DNA of 64,000 nucleotides from Candidatus Zipacnadia bacterium (GTDB lineage Bacteria > Armatimonadota > Zipacnadia > Zipacnadales > UBA5352). Shown piece by piece: positions 46,156-54,751 of the stretch. The notes beneath the pieces are model-generated. The model was not told the DNA's origin and made no database searches. It saw only the letters and a list, made by a program, of their open reading frames with translations. The DNA lies in assembly GCA_029820045.1 (NCBI GenBank), contig JALGVE010000002.1:3538-67537 (forward strand). Direction: 5' to 3'. Made by a program: the position numbers and the translations under genes. How positions within the stretch are numbered: position 1 is the stretch's first letter; the number at the start of each line of letters is the position of its first letter.

Positions 46156-47172
46156 ATGAGCGAAGAGATCGGCGCAGCCATCAATGCCTGCGGTTGGGTC
46201 GCCCGTGAGCACGCCAGGGCCTACCTCAACAACCCGCACACGAGGCTGGTGGGCGTCACCAGCCGCACCCGCGCCAGCGCGGAGAAGCTGGTGGAGGAGC
46301 TGGGCCTTGACTGCAAGATCTATCCGGACTACGAGGCCCTGCTCGATGATGACGAGGTTGATGCGGTCTCCGTCACCACGCCTAACTTCCTGCACGCGCA
46401 GAACGCCATTGACGCCGCGCGCGCGGGCAAGCACATCGTGCTGGAGAAGCCGGCCGGCATCAACGAGGAGGAGTTGGACGAGCTGGGAGCGGCCGTCGAG
46501 GCGGCGGGCGTGACCAGCATAGTCAGCTTCGTGCTGCGCTGGAATGAGCTGGTGGTCAACCTCAAGCGCCTGCAGGAGCGGGGGGCGTTCGGCGAGCTGT
46601 TCTTCTGCGAGACCGACTACTGGCACGGCCTCGGTGAGGTCATCCGGGCGGACCGCTGGCTCGCGAAGAAGGACCTGGCGGGAAGCGCATTCCTGACTGG
46701 CGGCTGCCATCCGGTGGACATGGCGCGCTTTCTCTGCGGCGAGATAGCCAGCGTCTCGGCCTACTCTCACCACGGGCTCGAGGGCTTCGAGTACGACACG
46801 ACCGTGTCCGCCGCCGTCGAGTTCGAGAACGGCGCGGTTGGGAGAATCTCCTCATGCCTGGAGATCGTGGCGCCGTATCACTTCAACATCAAGCTGATGG
46901 GAACGGAGGGCACGGCGCTCGGCAACAGGATCTGGAGCCGCGCGCTTACCCCGAGGCAGTCGGACTTCTTTGAGCTTGTCTGCGAGCTTCCCGACAGCGG
47001 CGATGTTGCCCACCATCCCTTCCAGGAGGAGATAGACCACTTCGCTGAGTGCATCCTGGAGGGACGGGACTGCGATCCCAACATCGCCGACGGCATCCGC
47101 ACCAGCCGTGTCTGCCTGGCCGTGGACCGCTCCGCCGCGGCCGGCGGCGAGGCGCAGAGGCCGCGGTATTGA
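46156..47172 (+). CDS. Gfo/Idh/MocA oxidoreductase
   Basis: AAGGAG RBS; 'ACGWVA', 'HIVLEKP', 'GGCHPVD'. Confidence 0.9.
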   Translation: MSEEIGAAINACGWVAREHARAYLNNPHTRLVGVTSRTRASAEKLVEELGLDCKIYPDYEALLDDDEVDAVSVTTPNFLHAQNAIDAARAGKHIVLEKPAGINEEELDELGAAVEAAGVTSIVSFVLRWNELVVNLKRLQERGAFGELFFCETDYWHGLGEVIRADRWLAKKDLAGSAFLTGGCHPVDMARFLCGEIASVSAYSHHGLEGFEYDTTVSAAVEFENGAVGRISSCLEIVAPYHFNIKLMGTEGTALGNRIWSRALTPRQSDFFELVCELPDSGDVAHHPFQEEIDHFAECILEGRDCDPNIADGIRTSRVCLAVDRSAAAGGEAQRPRY

Positions 47173-47184
47173 GGGGGCCGGGTC

Positions 47185-47601
47185 TTAGAGGTCCGCAAGT
47201 TGCTTTTGTAGTCGTCGGAAGCGGCTGCTGCCCGGGGATAGGGAGACAGCCATGCTGATGTGTTCGCGGGCCTGCTCGAACTGATCGAGCTTTGCCAGCA
47301 CTACTGCGAGGTTGGCGTGCGCATCCGCGAAGTCCGGAGCCAGCGCCACGACGCGCTGGAACTGCTCCGCCGCCGCGCCCCAGTTGCCCTCGTACAACCG
47401 AGCCAGCCCCAGCGAGTAGCGGGCGTCGGCGTCGTCGGGGTGCTCGCGGACCATTGCCTCGTACTCCAAGGCCATGTCCTGCACCGCCTGGGACGCCTCC
47501 TCATGGTCTTCGCCCTCCGCTATGCGCGCCCCGCAGGCGCTGCAGAATCGAGCGTCAGGTTCGACGGCGCGTCCACAGACCGGGCACTTCGGCATCTTCA
47601 C
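47185..47601 (-). CDS. Zinc-ribbon plus TPR protein
   Basis: CPVCG..FCSACG followed by TPR helices ('ARYSLG', 'AHANLA'). Confidence 0.85.
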   Translation of the reverse strand: MKMPKCPVCGRAVEPDARFCSACGARIAEGEDHEEASQAVQDMALEYEAMVREHPDDADARYSLGLARLYEGNWGAAAEQFQRVVALAPDFADAHANLAVVLAKLDQFEQAREHISMAVSLSPGSSRFRRLQKQLADL

Positions 47602-47756
47602 ACCTCCGGTCCCGGCTCACAGCCTACGTGCGGGCCGTGAAGGAGTTCGCCGTCGCCTGCCGGAGTCCCTTCGTGCGCAGGCAGGCAGCGGGGCCTACGC
47701 CGTCGAATTGTGCTCAGGAAGCCGTGTACAGCCTAGCCGGGCCAGGTGCGGTAACT

Positions 47757-49478
47757 ATGAGCGAGAACGCATCACCTGAGAACAGCGAGGCCCCGGTGCG
47801 GGTAGGCCCGTACACGGTCGAGGATGCCATCGGCGTCGGGCCGCATGGTGCCGTCTACCGGGTCTCCGAGGTGGAGCAGGGCGGGGAGCTTGCGTTGAAG
47901 CGACTGCATAAGGCCATCGCGGGCGAGAAGCCGGGTGAGACCTTCAACCGCATAGCGCGCGTGGTGGTGGCCTTGGCCCATCCAGCGATAGCGGACGTCT
48001 CGCACGTCGCCCTGCATGGAGGGCACGTAGTCATCATCTCGGAGCTGGTCGGCGCGCGCTCCCTCGCGCAAGTGCTGGAGGATCGGGGCCCGCTCTCGCC
48101 CTCAGAGACCGTGGGCCTGGCCAGGCAGCTTGCCATCGCCCTGGAATACGCCCACCAGCGCTCCGTCTTTCACACGAGCCTGAGGCCCGAGAACGTCTTC
48201 CTGACGAGCGACGGGGCGGTCAGGATCACAGACTTCGCCATCGCCGCGCTCTACGGCCACTCGGTGCGTCAGAAGCCCTCGTATCAGGTCACACAGCAGG
48301 CCTTCCTGGCCCCCGAGTTCCTGGAGGGCGGCGTCATCAGTCAGCAAACCGACATCTTCAGCCTGGGGGCGGTGCTCTTCATGGCCCTGACCGGCACGCC
48401 TCCGGGGATCAGCCGGGCTGCTTCCAGCGACGGGCGCTTCTCTTATCTTGAGGTGGGCGGGAAGAAGGCGGCGCCGGTCGCGCTGTCGGCGCCGAACTTC
48501 GAGGCCCTGCCGCCTGAGACGCCGCAGTCTCTGCGGCAGGCCATTGCCAGTGCGCTGGAGCGCGAACCGGCAAAGCGCCCCGGCTATGTCAAGGCGTTCC
48601 AACAGCTTCTGCGCGAGGTGAAGGCCGCGCCGTTGACCGAGCTGGCCGAGCGGCCCGGCGAGGAAACACAGGAGCACGCCGCGAGCGGCGCAGCCGGCGC
48701 CCGGGTCCGGCTTTGCCCCGCCTGCAGGCGACCGGTCTCTCCCGCCGGGCGCGTCTGCCTGGCCTGCGGCCTGGTGCTTACGGGTGAGGCAGGCTCCGCG
48801 GAGTGCGCGCCTGTCAACTATTTCCACGAGCACGCCCGGCGGCTGCTGTCCAAGCATGACCTCGGGGCTGCGGAACGCGCTTACCGGAGCGCCATCGGGC
48901 GCAACCCTGACGAGGCAGTCCTGTACGACGAACTAGGCGACGTTCTCGGCGTGGAGAACAACTTCGCCGAAGCGGCCGACGCCTACCGGCACGCCGTCAA
49001 GCTCGACCCGCAGGACGCCGACGCCTGGCACGACCTGGGTCTGGTGCTCCTCGCGGCGCACAATCACGGTGAGGCGCGGCGGGCGCTGGAGCGTGCCGTG
49101 AAGCTCGGCGGCAACAAGGAGGTGCGGCTTTCTGCCCGCATACACCTCGGCGCGCTGGCCGCCGAAGAGGGCCGCGTGCAGGAGGCTACTGCTGCCTGGC
49201 AACAGGTTCTCCACGAGGAGCCGGGCCTGGTGGTGGTGAGGATGGCGCTGGCGTCCCTCTATGCGAACACGGGCCTCTACGAGGAAGCTGAGCAGCAGCT
49301 CCGGGCTGCCCTGGTGAGTGAACCCGACTACCGGCAGGCACAGAACTTGCTCGCGCGCATCCGAGAGCGGGCACAACTGGAGCGCCCCGACACAGACGAG
49401 CGTTTCGGCCTGGCCGATGACCTTGGCGGTGGCAGCACCCACCTGGGTATCGGGTTCGACTGGGGTCGGTGGGGCTGA
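47757..49478 (+). CDS. Hanks-type Ser/Thr kinase-like (pseudokinase) domain plus zinc ribbon plus TPR
   Basis: G-loop GVGPHGAVY, ALK, 'HTSLRPEN', 'TDFA', 'APE', 'DIFSLG'; CPAC..CLACG; several TPRs. Confidence 0.85.
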   Translation: MSENASPENSEAPVRVGPYTVEDAIGVGPHGAVYRVSEVEQGGELALKRLHKAIAGEKPGETFNRIARVVVALAHPAIADVSHVALHGGHVVIISELVGARSLAQVLEDRGPLSPSETVGLARQLAIALEYAHQRSVFHTSLRPENVFLTSDGAVRITDFAIAALYGHSVRQKPSYQVTQQAFLAPEFLEGGVISQQTDIFSLGAVLFMALTGTPPGISRAASSDGRFSYLEVGGKKAAPVALSAPNFEALPPETPQSLRQAIASALEREPAKRPGYVKAFQQLLREVKAAPLTELAERPGEETQEHAASGAAGARVRLCPACRRPVSPAGRVCLACGLVLTGEAGSAECAPVNYFHEHARRLLSKHDLGAAERAYRSAIGRNPDEAVLYDELGDVLGVENNFAEAADAYRHAVKLDPQDADAWHDLGLVLLAAHNHGEARRALERAVKLGGNKEVRLSARIHLGALAAEEGRVQEATAAWQQVLHEEPGLVVVRMALASLYANTGLYEEAEQQLRAALVSEPDYRQAQNLLARIRERAQLERPDTDERFGLADDLGGGSTHLGIGFDWGRWG

Positions 49479-49530
49479 GTCAGCGGTGTCGGGCCATGGA
49501 GCCTAGCCGCTCCAACGGCTCCCGCGCCCC

Positions 49531-49611
49531 GTAGGTCGGGCTTTCCAGCCCGACTCCATTGATGTCCGCCAGAACAAGACACGGCGCGTCGGGCTGGAAA
49601 GCCCGACCTAC
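49531..49611. repeat. GTAG REP doublet with perfect 24-bp inverted arms
   Basis: GTAGGTCGGGCTTTCCAGCCCGAC (49531-49554) and its exact reverse complement (49588-49611). Confidence 0.85.
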
Positions 49612-49658
49612 CAACCACGAACGTGTCACGTGGGCCACGTGCGCGCCAGGAGCCGGCC

Positions 49659-49687
49659 TTGCCGGAGCACACGGGGCACCGTATAAT
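49659..49687 (+). promoter_or_regulatory. Sigma70-type promoter
   Basis: TTGCCG-N17-TATAAT upstream of the ABC gene. Confidence 0.7.
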
Positions 49688-49750
49688 GTAGCCCGACCGG
49701 GTGGCGAGGCCGCCTGCATGTATCGCTATCATTGATGGGAGAACGATGCG

Positions 49751-51625
49751 ATGTTCGGGCACGGAGGACGCGGTCGTCGCGGGCACCCCAGGGAGTCAGA
49801 GTACCGGGAGGAGGAAGAAGTAGAGCCTCTATCCATCACCGACCGGCGGATGCTCGGCTGGTTCGCCCAGCGCCTGGGGTCACATTGGCTGACTATTGTG
49901 CTGGCGATCATCAGCATGTTAGTCGGCACGGTGGCGGGGTTGTACGTGCCGCTGGTGCTCAGGGACATATACGACAACGTGATTGACGCACGCAACCTGG
50001 AGCCGCTCCAGCGGCTGGGATCGCTGCTGCTGGGGTTGTTCTTCGCCCAAGCGGCGTTCGGCGCGATACGCATGAATGTCATGCACCGCCTGGGGCAGAA
50101 GTTCGTGCTGGACGTGCGGCTCGATGCTTACCGCCATCTGATGCGGCTCTCCCTGGACTTCTTCGAGGCGCGGCGGACCGGCGACATAATGTCGCGCATC
50201 TCCAATGATGTGAATGCCGTCGAGGACATGGTGGTGCACGGCACCGACACCCTCATCACCGACTCAGTGACCGTGCTGGGGACCATCATCTTCATGGCGG
50301 TCAAGCTGGATCTCCGCCTCACCCTCCTGGGGCTGATACCGCTGCCTGTCTTCGTCGTGGCCATCATCATCTTCGCGCGTATCATCCGCCCCTTGTACGA
50401 AAGGATCCGCCAGGAGCTCGGCGACATCAACGCGCGGACGCAGGAGGCCCTTTCGGCGATCCAAGTGGTGAAGGCCTTCCGGCGGGAGGACTACGAGTTC
50501 GACCGGTTCGAGCGGGAAAGCACGGACTATTACCGCGCCAGCATCAAGGGCATCTGGCTGTGGAGCACCTTCTTCCCCTTCATTGGCTTTCTGACTTCGG
50601 TGGGGATGATCCTGGTCATCTGGATCGGCGCCGGTATGGCGGTGCGAGGTGTGACCACGGGCGGGACTATCATCGCCTTCATTGCCTATCTTCAGCGCTT
50701 CTACCAGCCGGTGGGCAGCCTGGTGCGGGTGCACAACACCTTCAATCGCGCTCTTGCCTCGGTGGCCCGCATCTTCCAACTGCTGGACGAGGAGCCGAAG
50801 GTCGAAGAGAAAGAGGACGCGATAGAGTTGGAGCGGGTCGAGGGTCGGGTCGAGCTTGACCACGTCGGCTTCCGCTACGCCACCGGGGAGATGGTGCTGC
50901 GCGACGTGTCGGTGACTGCCGAGCCCGGCGAGACTGTAGCCATCGTCGGCCGCAGCGGCGCCGGCAAAACCAGCATAGTCAACCTCATCCCGCGCTTCTA
51001 CGACCCTATCGAGGGGCGGGTGATCGTGGACGGCGTGGATGTGCGCGAGGTCACGCTCGATTCGCTCCGATCACGCATCGCCTTCGTGCTCCAGGATACC
51101 TTCCTCTTCAATGACACGGTGCGCGAGAACATCCGCTACGGACGCCTCGACGCGACCGATGAGGAGATCGAGGAGGCCGCCAGGGCCGCGTATGCCGACG
51201 AGTTCATCCAGGAACTGGAGGACAAGTACGATACGTTGATCGGGGAGCGAGGGACGAAGCTCTCAGGGGGGCAGAAGCAGAGGCTGGCCATCGCACGGGC
51301 GCTGCTGGCTGATCCCAGGATATTGATCCTGGATGAGGCGACCTCGCTCGTGGACACGGAGGCAGAGCAGGAGATACAAAAGGCGCTGGAGGAACTCAAG
51401 CGCGATCGCACGACCTTCATCATCGCCCACCGCCTCTCCACCGTGCGTAATGCCGACAAGATCATCGTGCTGGATGATGGGCGCATCGTGGAGGAGGACC
51501 GGCACGAGCGACTGATGAAGCGGTCCGGCCTCTACGCAGAGATGTACCAGCGTCAGTTCCGCATGGAGGACGTGTGGCCGGGGTCGGATGACGCGCTGGG
51601 TACGCCGGAGCCACCTGGAGGGTAG
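49751..51625 (+). CDS. ABC exporter, fused TMD-NBD (MsbA/Sav1866-like)
   Basis: Six TMs; Walker A GRSGAGKT; LSGGQKQR; ILDEATS; IAHRLST. Confidence 0.95.
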   Translation: MFGHGGRGRRGHPRESEYREEEEVEPLSITDRRMLGWFAQRLGSHWLTIVLAIISMLVGTVAGLYVPLVLRDIYDNVIDARNLEPLQRLGSLLLGLFFAQAAFGAIRMNVMHRLGQKFVLDVRLDAYRHLMRLSLDFFEARRTGDIMSRISNDVNAVEDMVVHGTDTLITDSVTVLGTIIFMAVKLDLRLTLLGLIPLPVFVVAIIIFARIIRPLYERIRQELGDINARTQEALSAIQVVKAFRREDYEFDRFERESTDYYRASIKGIWLWSTFFPFIGFLTSVGMILVIWIGAGMAVRGVTTGGTIIAFIAYLQRFYQPVGSLVRVHNTFNRALASVARIFQLLDEEPKVEEKEDAIELERVEGRVELDHVGFRYATGEMVLRDVSVTAEPGETVAIVGRSGAGKTSIVNLIPRFYDPIEGRVIVDGVDVREVTLDSLRSRIAFVLQDTFLFNDTVRENIRYGRLDATDEEIEEAARAAYADEFIQELEDKYDTLIGERGTKLSGGQKQRLAIARALLADPRILILDEATSLVDTEAEQEIQKALEELKRDRTTFIIAHRLSTVRNADKIIVLDDGRIVEEDRHERLMKRSGLYAEMYQRQFRMEDVWPGSDDALGTPEPPGG

Positions 51626-51649
51626 TCCCAGCCGCCTGAGGAGGCGCAC

Positions 51650-54600
51650 ATGCACGACGCAAGCCCTGAACTGATCGCCGCCCTTCGGGGCTACGTCTTC
51701 AGGCGACGGGCGGTGGAAGCTGCCCGCGGTCTGCTGGAGGGCATTGCCGGGGGCGCGTTGCTGCTATGTCTGCTCAGGCTGGCCGGGGTGCCCGAGCAGA
51801 TGGCGCTCTCGTCCGACCGAGCTGTTCTCCACCTTGCTCTGGCGGTCGGGCTGCTCGTCGCAGCCCCGATGATAATCCGTCTCTCCCGGCCGTTGTCGCC
51901 GCTCCGGGCGGCGCTGACGCTGGAGCATGCTTTCCCCTACCTACAGGACCGCCTGGCGACCGCGATAGACCTGGCACAGCGCGACCAGCCGGTCGGCTCG
52001 TACTCTGAGCAGATCGCTGCGCGGCTCACGGCCGAGGCGCTCGGGGCTGTGCGGGGGCTGCCGCTGGGCAAGGCTCTCCCGACCAGGAGCGTGCGGCTGC
52101 CCGCCGTGGCCGCGGCGTGCGGCATTGCCGTGGCGGCCCTCGCCTGGCTCGTCACGCCGGAGGGCGGGGCCGAGCAAGCGGGTGGCGTCTTACCCCCGAG
52201 GCAAGCCGCGCGCGAGGGCGCCCACGAGCTAGCCGGCCCTCAGTTGTTCGATCTGAGACTCACCATCAGGCCGCCGCGGTACTCCCGGCAGCCCGTGCGA
52301 CGCCTGGCCGACAACCTCGGCACGGTGCGGGCGCTGCGCGGCAGCCGCATCACGGTGCAGGCGCGCCTGAGTCCGCATTCTGCAAGCGCGAACCTCATCC
52401 TTGAGCCCGGAGGGGCGCGCCCCATGAGCGCCGGGCGCGACGGCCTGGCGACGGCCTCGTTCACCCTCACCCGCCGCATCGCCTGGCGCTGTCTCGCGGC
52501 CGACGGCGACCGCCAGGCGCAGACCGACAAGTTCACCATCATCCCTATCGCAGACGGGACGCCAAGGGTTCGCCTGGAGCGTCCCGAGAGCGACCTGACG
52601 CTCGAGGCCCCCCGCCGGATCGAGGTTGCAGCCTCCGCCTATGACGACTTCGGCATCACCGCTCTGGGCATTCGCTACCGGCTCAGCGACGCGAAGCGCT
52701 GGCGCTCGCTCGACCTGGGCGCGCGTCCGGGTCCGGCGGCCTCGGCGGCGATGCGTCTGAACCTGGCCTCTGTAGGCCTGGAGCAGGGACAGGAACTCCT
52801 GCTGCGGGCCTACGCCACCGACAATGACACGGTCACCGGGCCGAAGACCTCGCTCAGCCCGACTGTGACGATTCGCATCCGCAGCGAGGAGGCGCAGCCT
52901 GCCGACACAACCGCGCTGGAACGCGCGCAGCAGCAGGAGGCCAACGCCCTGGCCCGCCTGCGAGAGCGGGCCCAGGAGCTGGAGGGCGAACTGTCGGAGA
53001 TGATACAGGGGCTCAGCACTGGCGAGGCGACCGAGTCCGACCTCGGCCGCATGAGCGCTGAGCTTCAGGAGGCCACCGAGCGCCTTCAGAACCAGGCGGG
53101 CGACCTCGAAGCGGCGATGCGCCAGGCCGAGCGGCAGCTTAGCCTCAATGACATGGTCACTCCCGAACTCACGCAAAAGGTTCGCGAGCTTCACAAGCTC
53201 ATGTCCGAGGCGCTCGATGAGGAGATGAAGCAGGCGCTGAAGGAGCTGCAGAAGGCGCTGAGCAAGCTTAACCTTGGGCAGGTGCGCCTCAACCTGGAGC
53301 GCGCGCGCGAAGCGCAGAAGCGGTTCATGGACAGGCTCGATCAGACTCTGGCGCTGCTCAAACGTGCGCGCCTGGAGGCGGAACTCGCTCAGCTTCGCAA
53401 GCTCGCGGAGGCCCTGGCCAAGCGCCAAGGGGACCTCGTCGAGCGGACCGAGGCAATGCCGGAGGGCAAGAGCGCCGAGGCCCGTGAGGCCGAGAGCAAG
53501 CAGCGCCGCCTGACTCGCGACACCGAGCCCCTGGTGGAGAAGATCGCTCGCGCCGCCGAGCATGCACACGAGATCTCGCCGGAGACGGCGGCCTCGCTTG
53601 AGTCGCTGACCGATGAGCTGATGCGCAGGGACGCGCCCGGCGAGATGCGCCAAGCCGCGAGCGCCCTCAAGCGCGGCAGTCCCTCCTCCGCGCGGCAGCC
53701 ACAGAGAGGGGCGCTGGCGACCCTGCGATCGGCGGCCTCGCGGCTTGCGGAGGTCGAGGCCCAAATGACTGCACAGTTGAGGTCGCAGCTCACGCGCGCG
53801 GCTGCGGAGTTGGTGCGCGACTCCCTTCACCTCTCGCAGCGGCAGGAGGAGCTGATGTCGGACGTTGAGCGTCTCGGTCAGTCCAGGACCACCGACCTGC
53901 TGCGGGACAAGAAGCGCATCGCGCCTCTCCAACGACGGCAGGAGACGCTGGGCGCAGGCGTCCGCAAGCTTGGCCAGCGGCTGGACGACCTGGCGCGGCA
54001 GACGCCGCTGGTGGACCCTTCCTTCGGCCGTGACATGCGGGCGATAGCCAGCGACATGTCCCAGGCCTCGCGCGAGCTTGAGGGAGCGGCGCTCGGCCAG
54101 GCGTGGGACTATCAGCAGGCCTCGCTGGCGAACCTGAACGAGGCCGCGCAGCGGCTGCTGGAGCTTGGGGACAGGATGTCGCAGGCGTCGGCTCAGATGG
54201 CGCTGAGCGAGTACCTGAAGCGCCTCCGCGCTCTTGCCCAGCGCCAGGAGGGCCTTAATGAACAGACCGATCAAGGGGCGAAGGGCGGACAGAGACTTTC
54301 GGACAGCGGGCCTCCGAGCCTGGCGGGGCTGGCGATGGAGCAGGCGCTGATACGGGCGGCCCTCCAGAAGCTCATGCAGGCAGCGGGCCGCAGCGGCCAG
54401 GAGGTCACCGACCAGCTCGGCGGCACGCCGGAGGAGATGGGGAAGGTCGAGGATGATCTCAAGGCAGGGCGCGTGACTAAGGAGACGCTGGAGCGACAGA
54501 CCAGGATACTGCAGAAGATGCTCGACGCCCAGAGGTCGCTCTACACCAAGAAGCCCGAGCGCAGCGAACGGAAGGCGGAACAGGCGAAGCAATACCAGCC

Positions 54601-54751
54601 GCCGCCCTCGCCGCCGCCGCTCTCGCCGAGCCTGCTCCGGGCGCCACCGGTGAAGGCGCCGGAGGCCTCATCGCAGGAAACGATGCCGGTCGGCTTCGAG
54701 GACCTGGTGCGCGAGTACTTCCGGCGGCTAGGGCAGGGAGCGGCGCAGTGA
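51650..54751 (+). CDS. DUF4175-like membrane-anchored Ig plus coiled-coil protein
   Basis: N-terminal TMs; 'LQDRLATAI', 'PPRYS', 'DDFGI', 'ATDNDTVTGPK'; long Q/E/L coiled coil; C-terminal 'VREYFRRL'. Confidence 0.8.
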   Translation: MHDASPELIAALRGYVFRRRAVEAARGLLEGIAGGALLLCLLRLAGVPEQMALSSDRAVLHLALAVGLLVAAPMIIRLSRPLSPLRAALTLEHAFPYLQDRLATAIDLAQRDQPVGSYSEQIAARLTAEALGAVRGLPLGKALPTRSVRLPAVAAACGIAVAALAWLVTPEGGAEQAGGVLPPRQAAREGAHELAGPQLFDLRLTIRPPRYSRQPVRRLADNLGTVRALRGSRITVQARLSPHSASANLILEPGGARPMSAGRDGLATASFTLTRRIAWRCLAADGDRQAQTDKFTIIPIADGTPRVRLERPESDLTLEAPRRIEVAASAYDDFGITALGIRYRLSDAKRWRSLDLGARPGPAASAAMRLNLASVGLEQGQELLLRAYATDNDTVTGPKTSLSPTVTIRIRSEEAQPADTTALERAQQQEANALARLRERAQELEGELSEMIQGLSTGEATESDLGRMSAELQEATERLQNQAGDLEAAMRQAERQLSLNDMVTPELTQKVRELHKLMSEALDEEMKQALKELQKALSKLNLGQVRLNLERAREAQKRFMDRLDQTLALLKRARLEAELAQLRKLAEALAKRQGDLVERTEAMPEGKSAEAREAESKQRRLTRDTEPLVEKIARAAEHAHEISPETAASLESLTDELMRRDAPGEMRQAASALKRGSPSSARQPQRGALATLRSAASRLAEVEAQMTAQLRSQLTRAAAELVRDSLHLSQRQEELMSDVERLGQSRTTDLLRDKKRIAPLQRRQETLGAGVRKLGQRLDDLARQTPLVDPSFGRDMRAIASDMSQASRELEGAALGQAWDYQQASLANLNEAAQRLLELGDRMSQASAQMALSEYLKRLRALAQRQEGLNEQTDQGAKGGQRLSDSGPPSLAGLAMEQALIRAALQKLMQAAGRSGQEVTDQLGGTPEEMGKVEDDLKAGRVTKETLERQTRILQKMLDAQRSLYTKKPERSERKAEQAKQYQPPPSPPPLSPSLLRAPPVKAPEASSQETMPVGFEDLVREYFRRLGQGAAQ

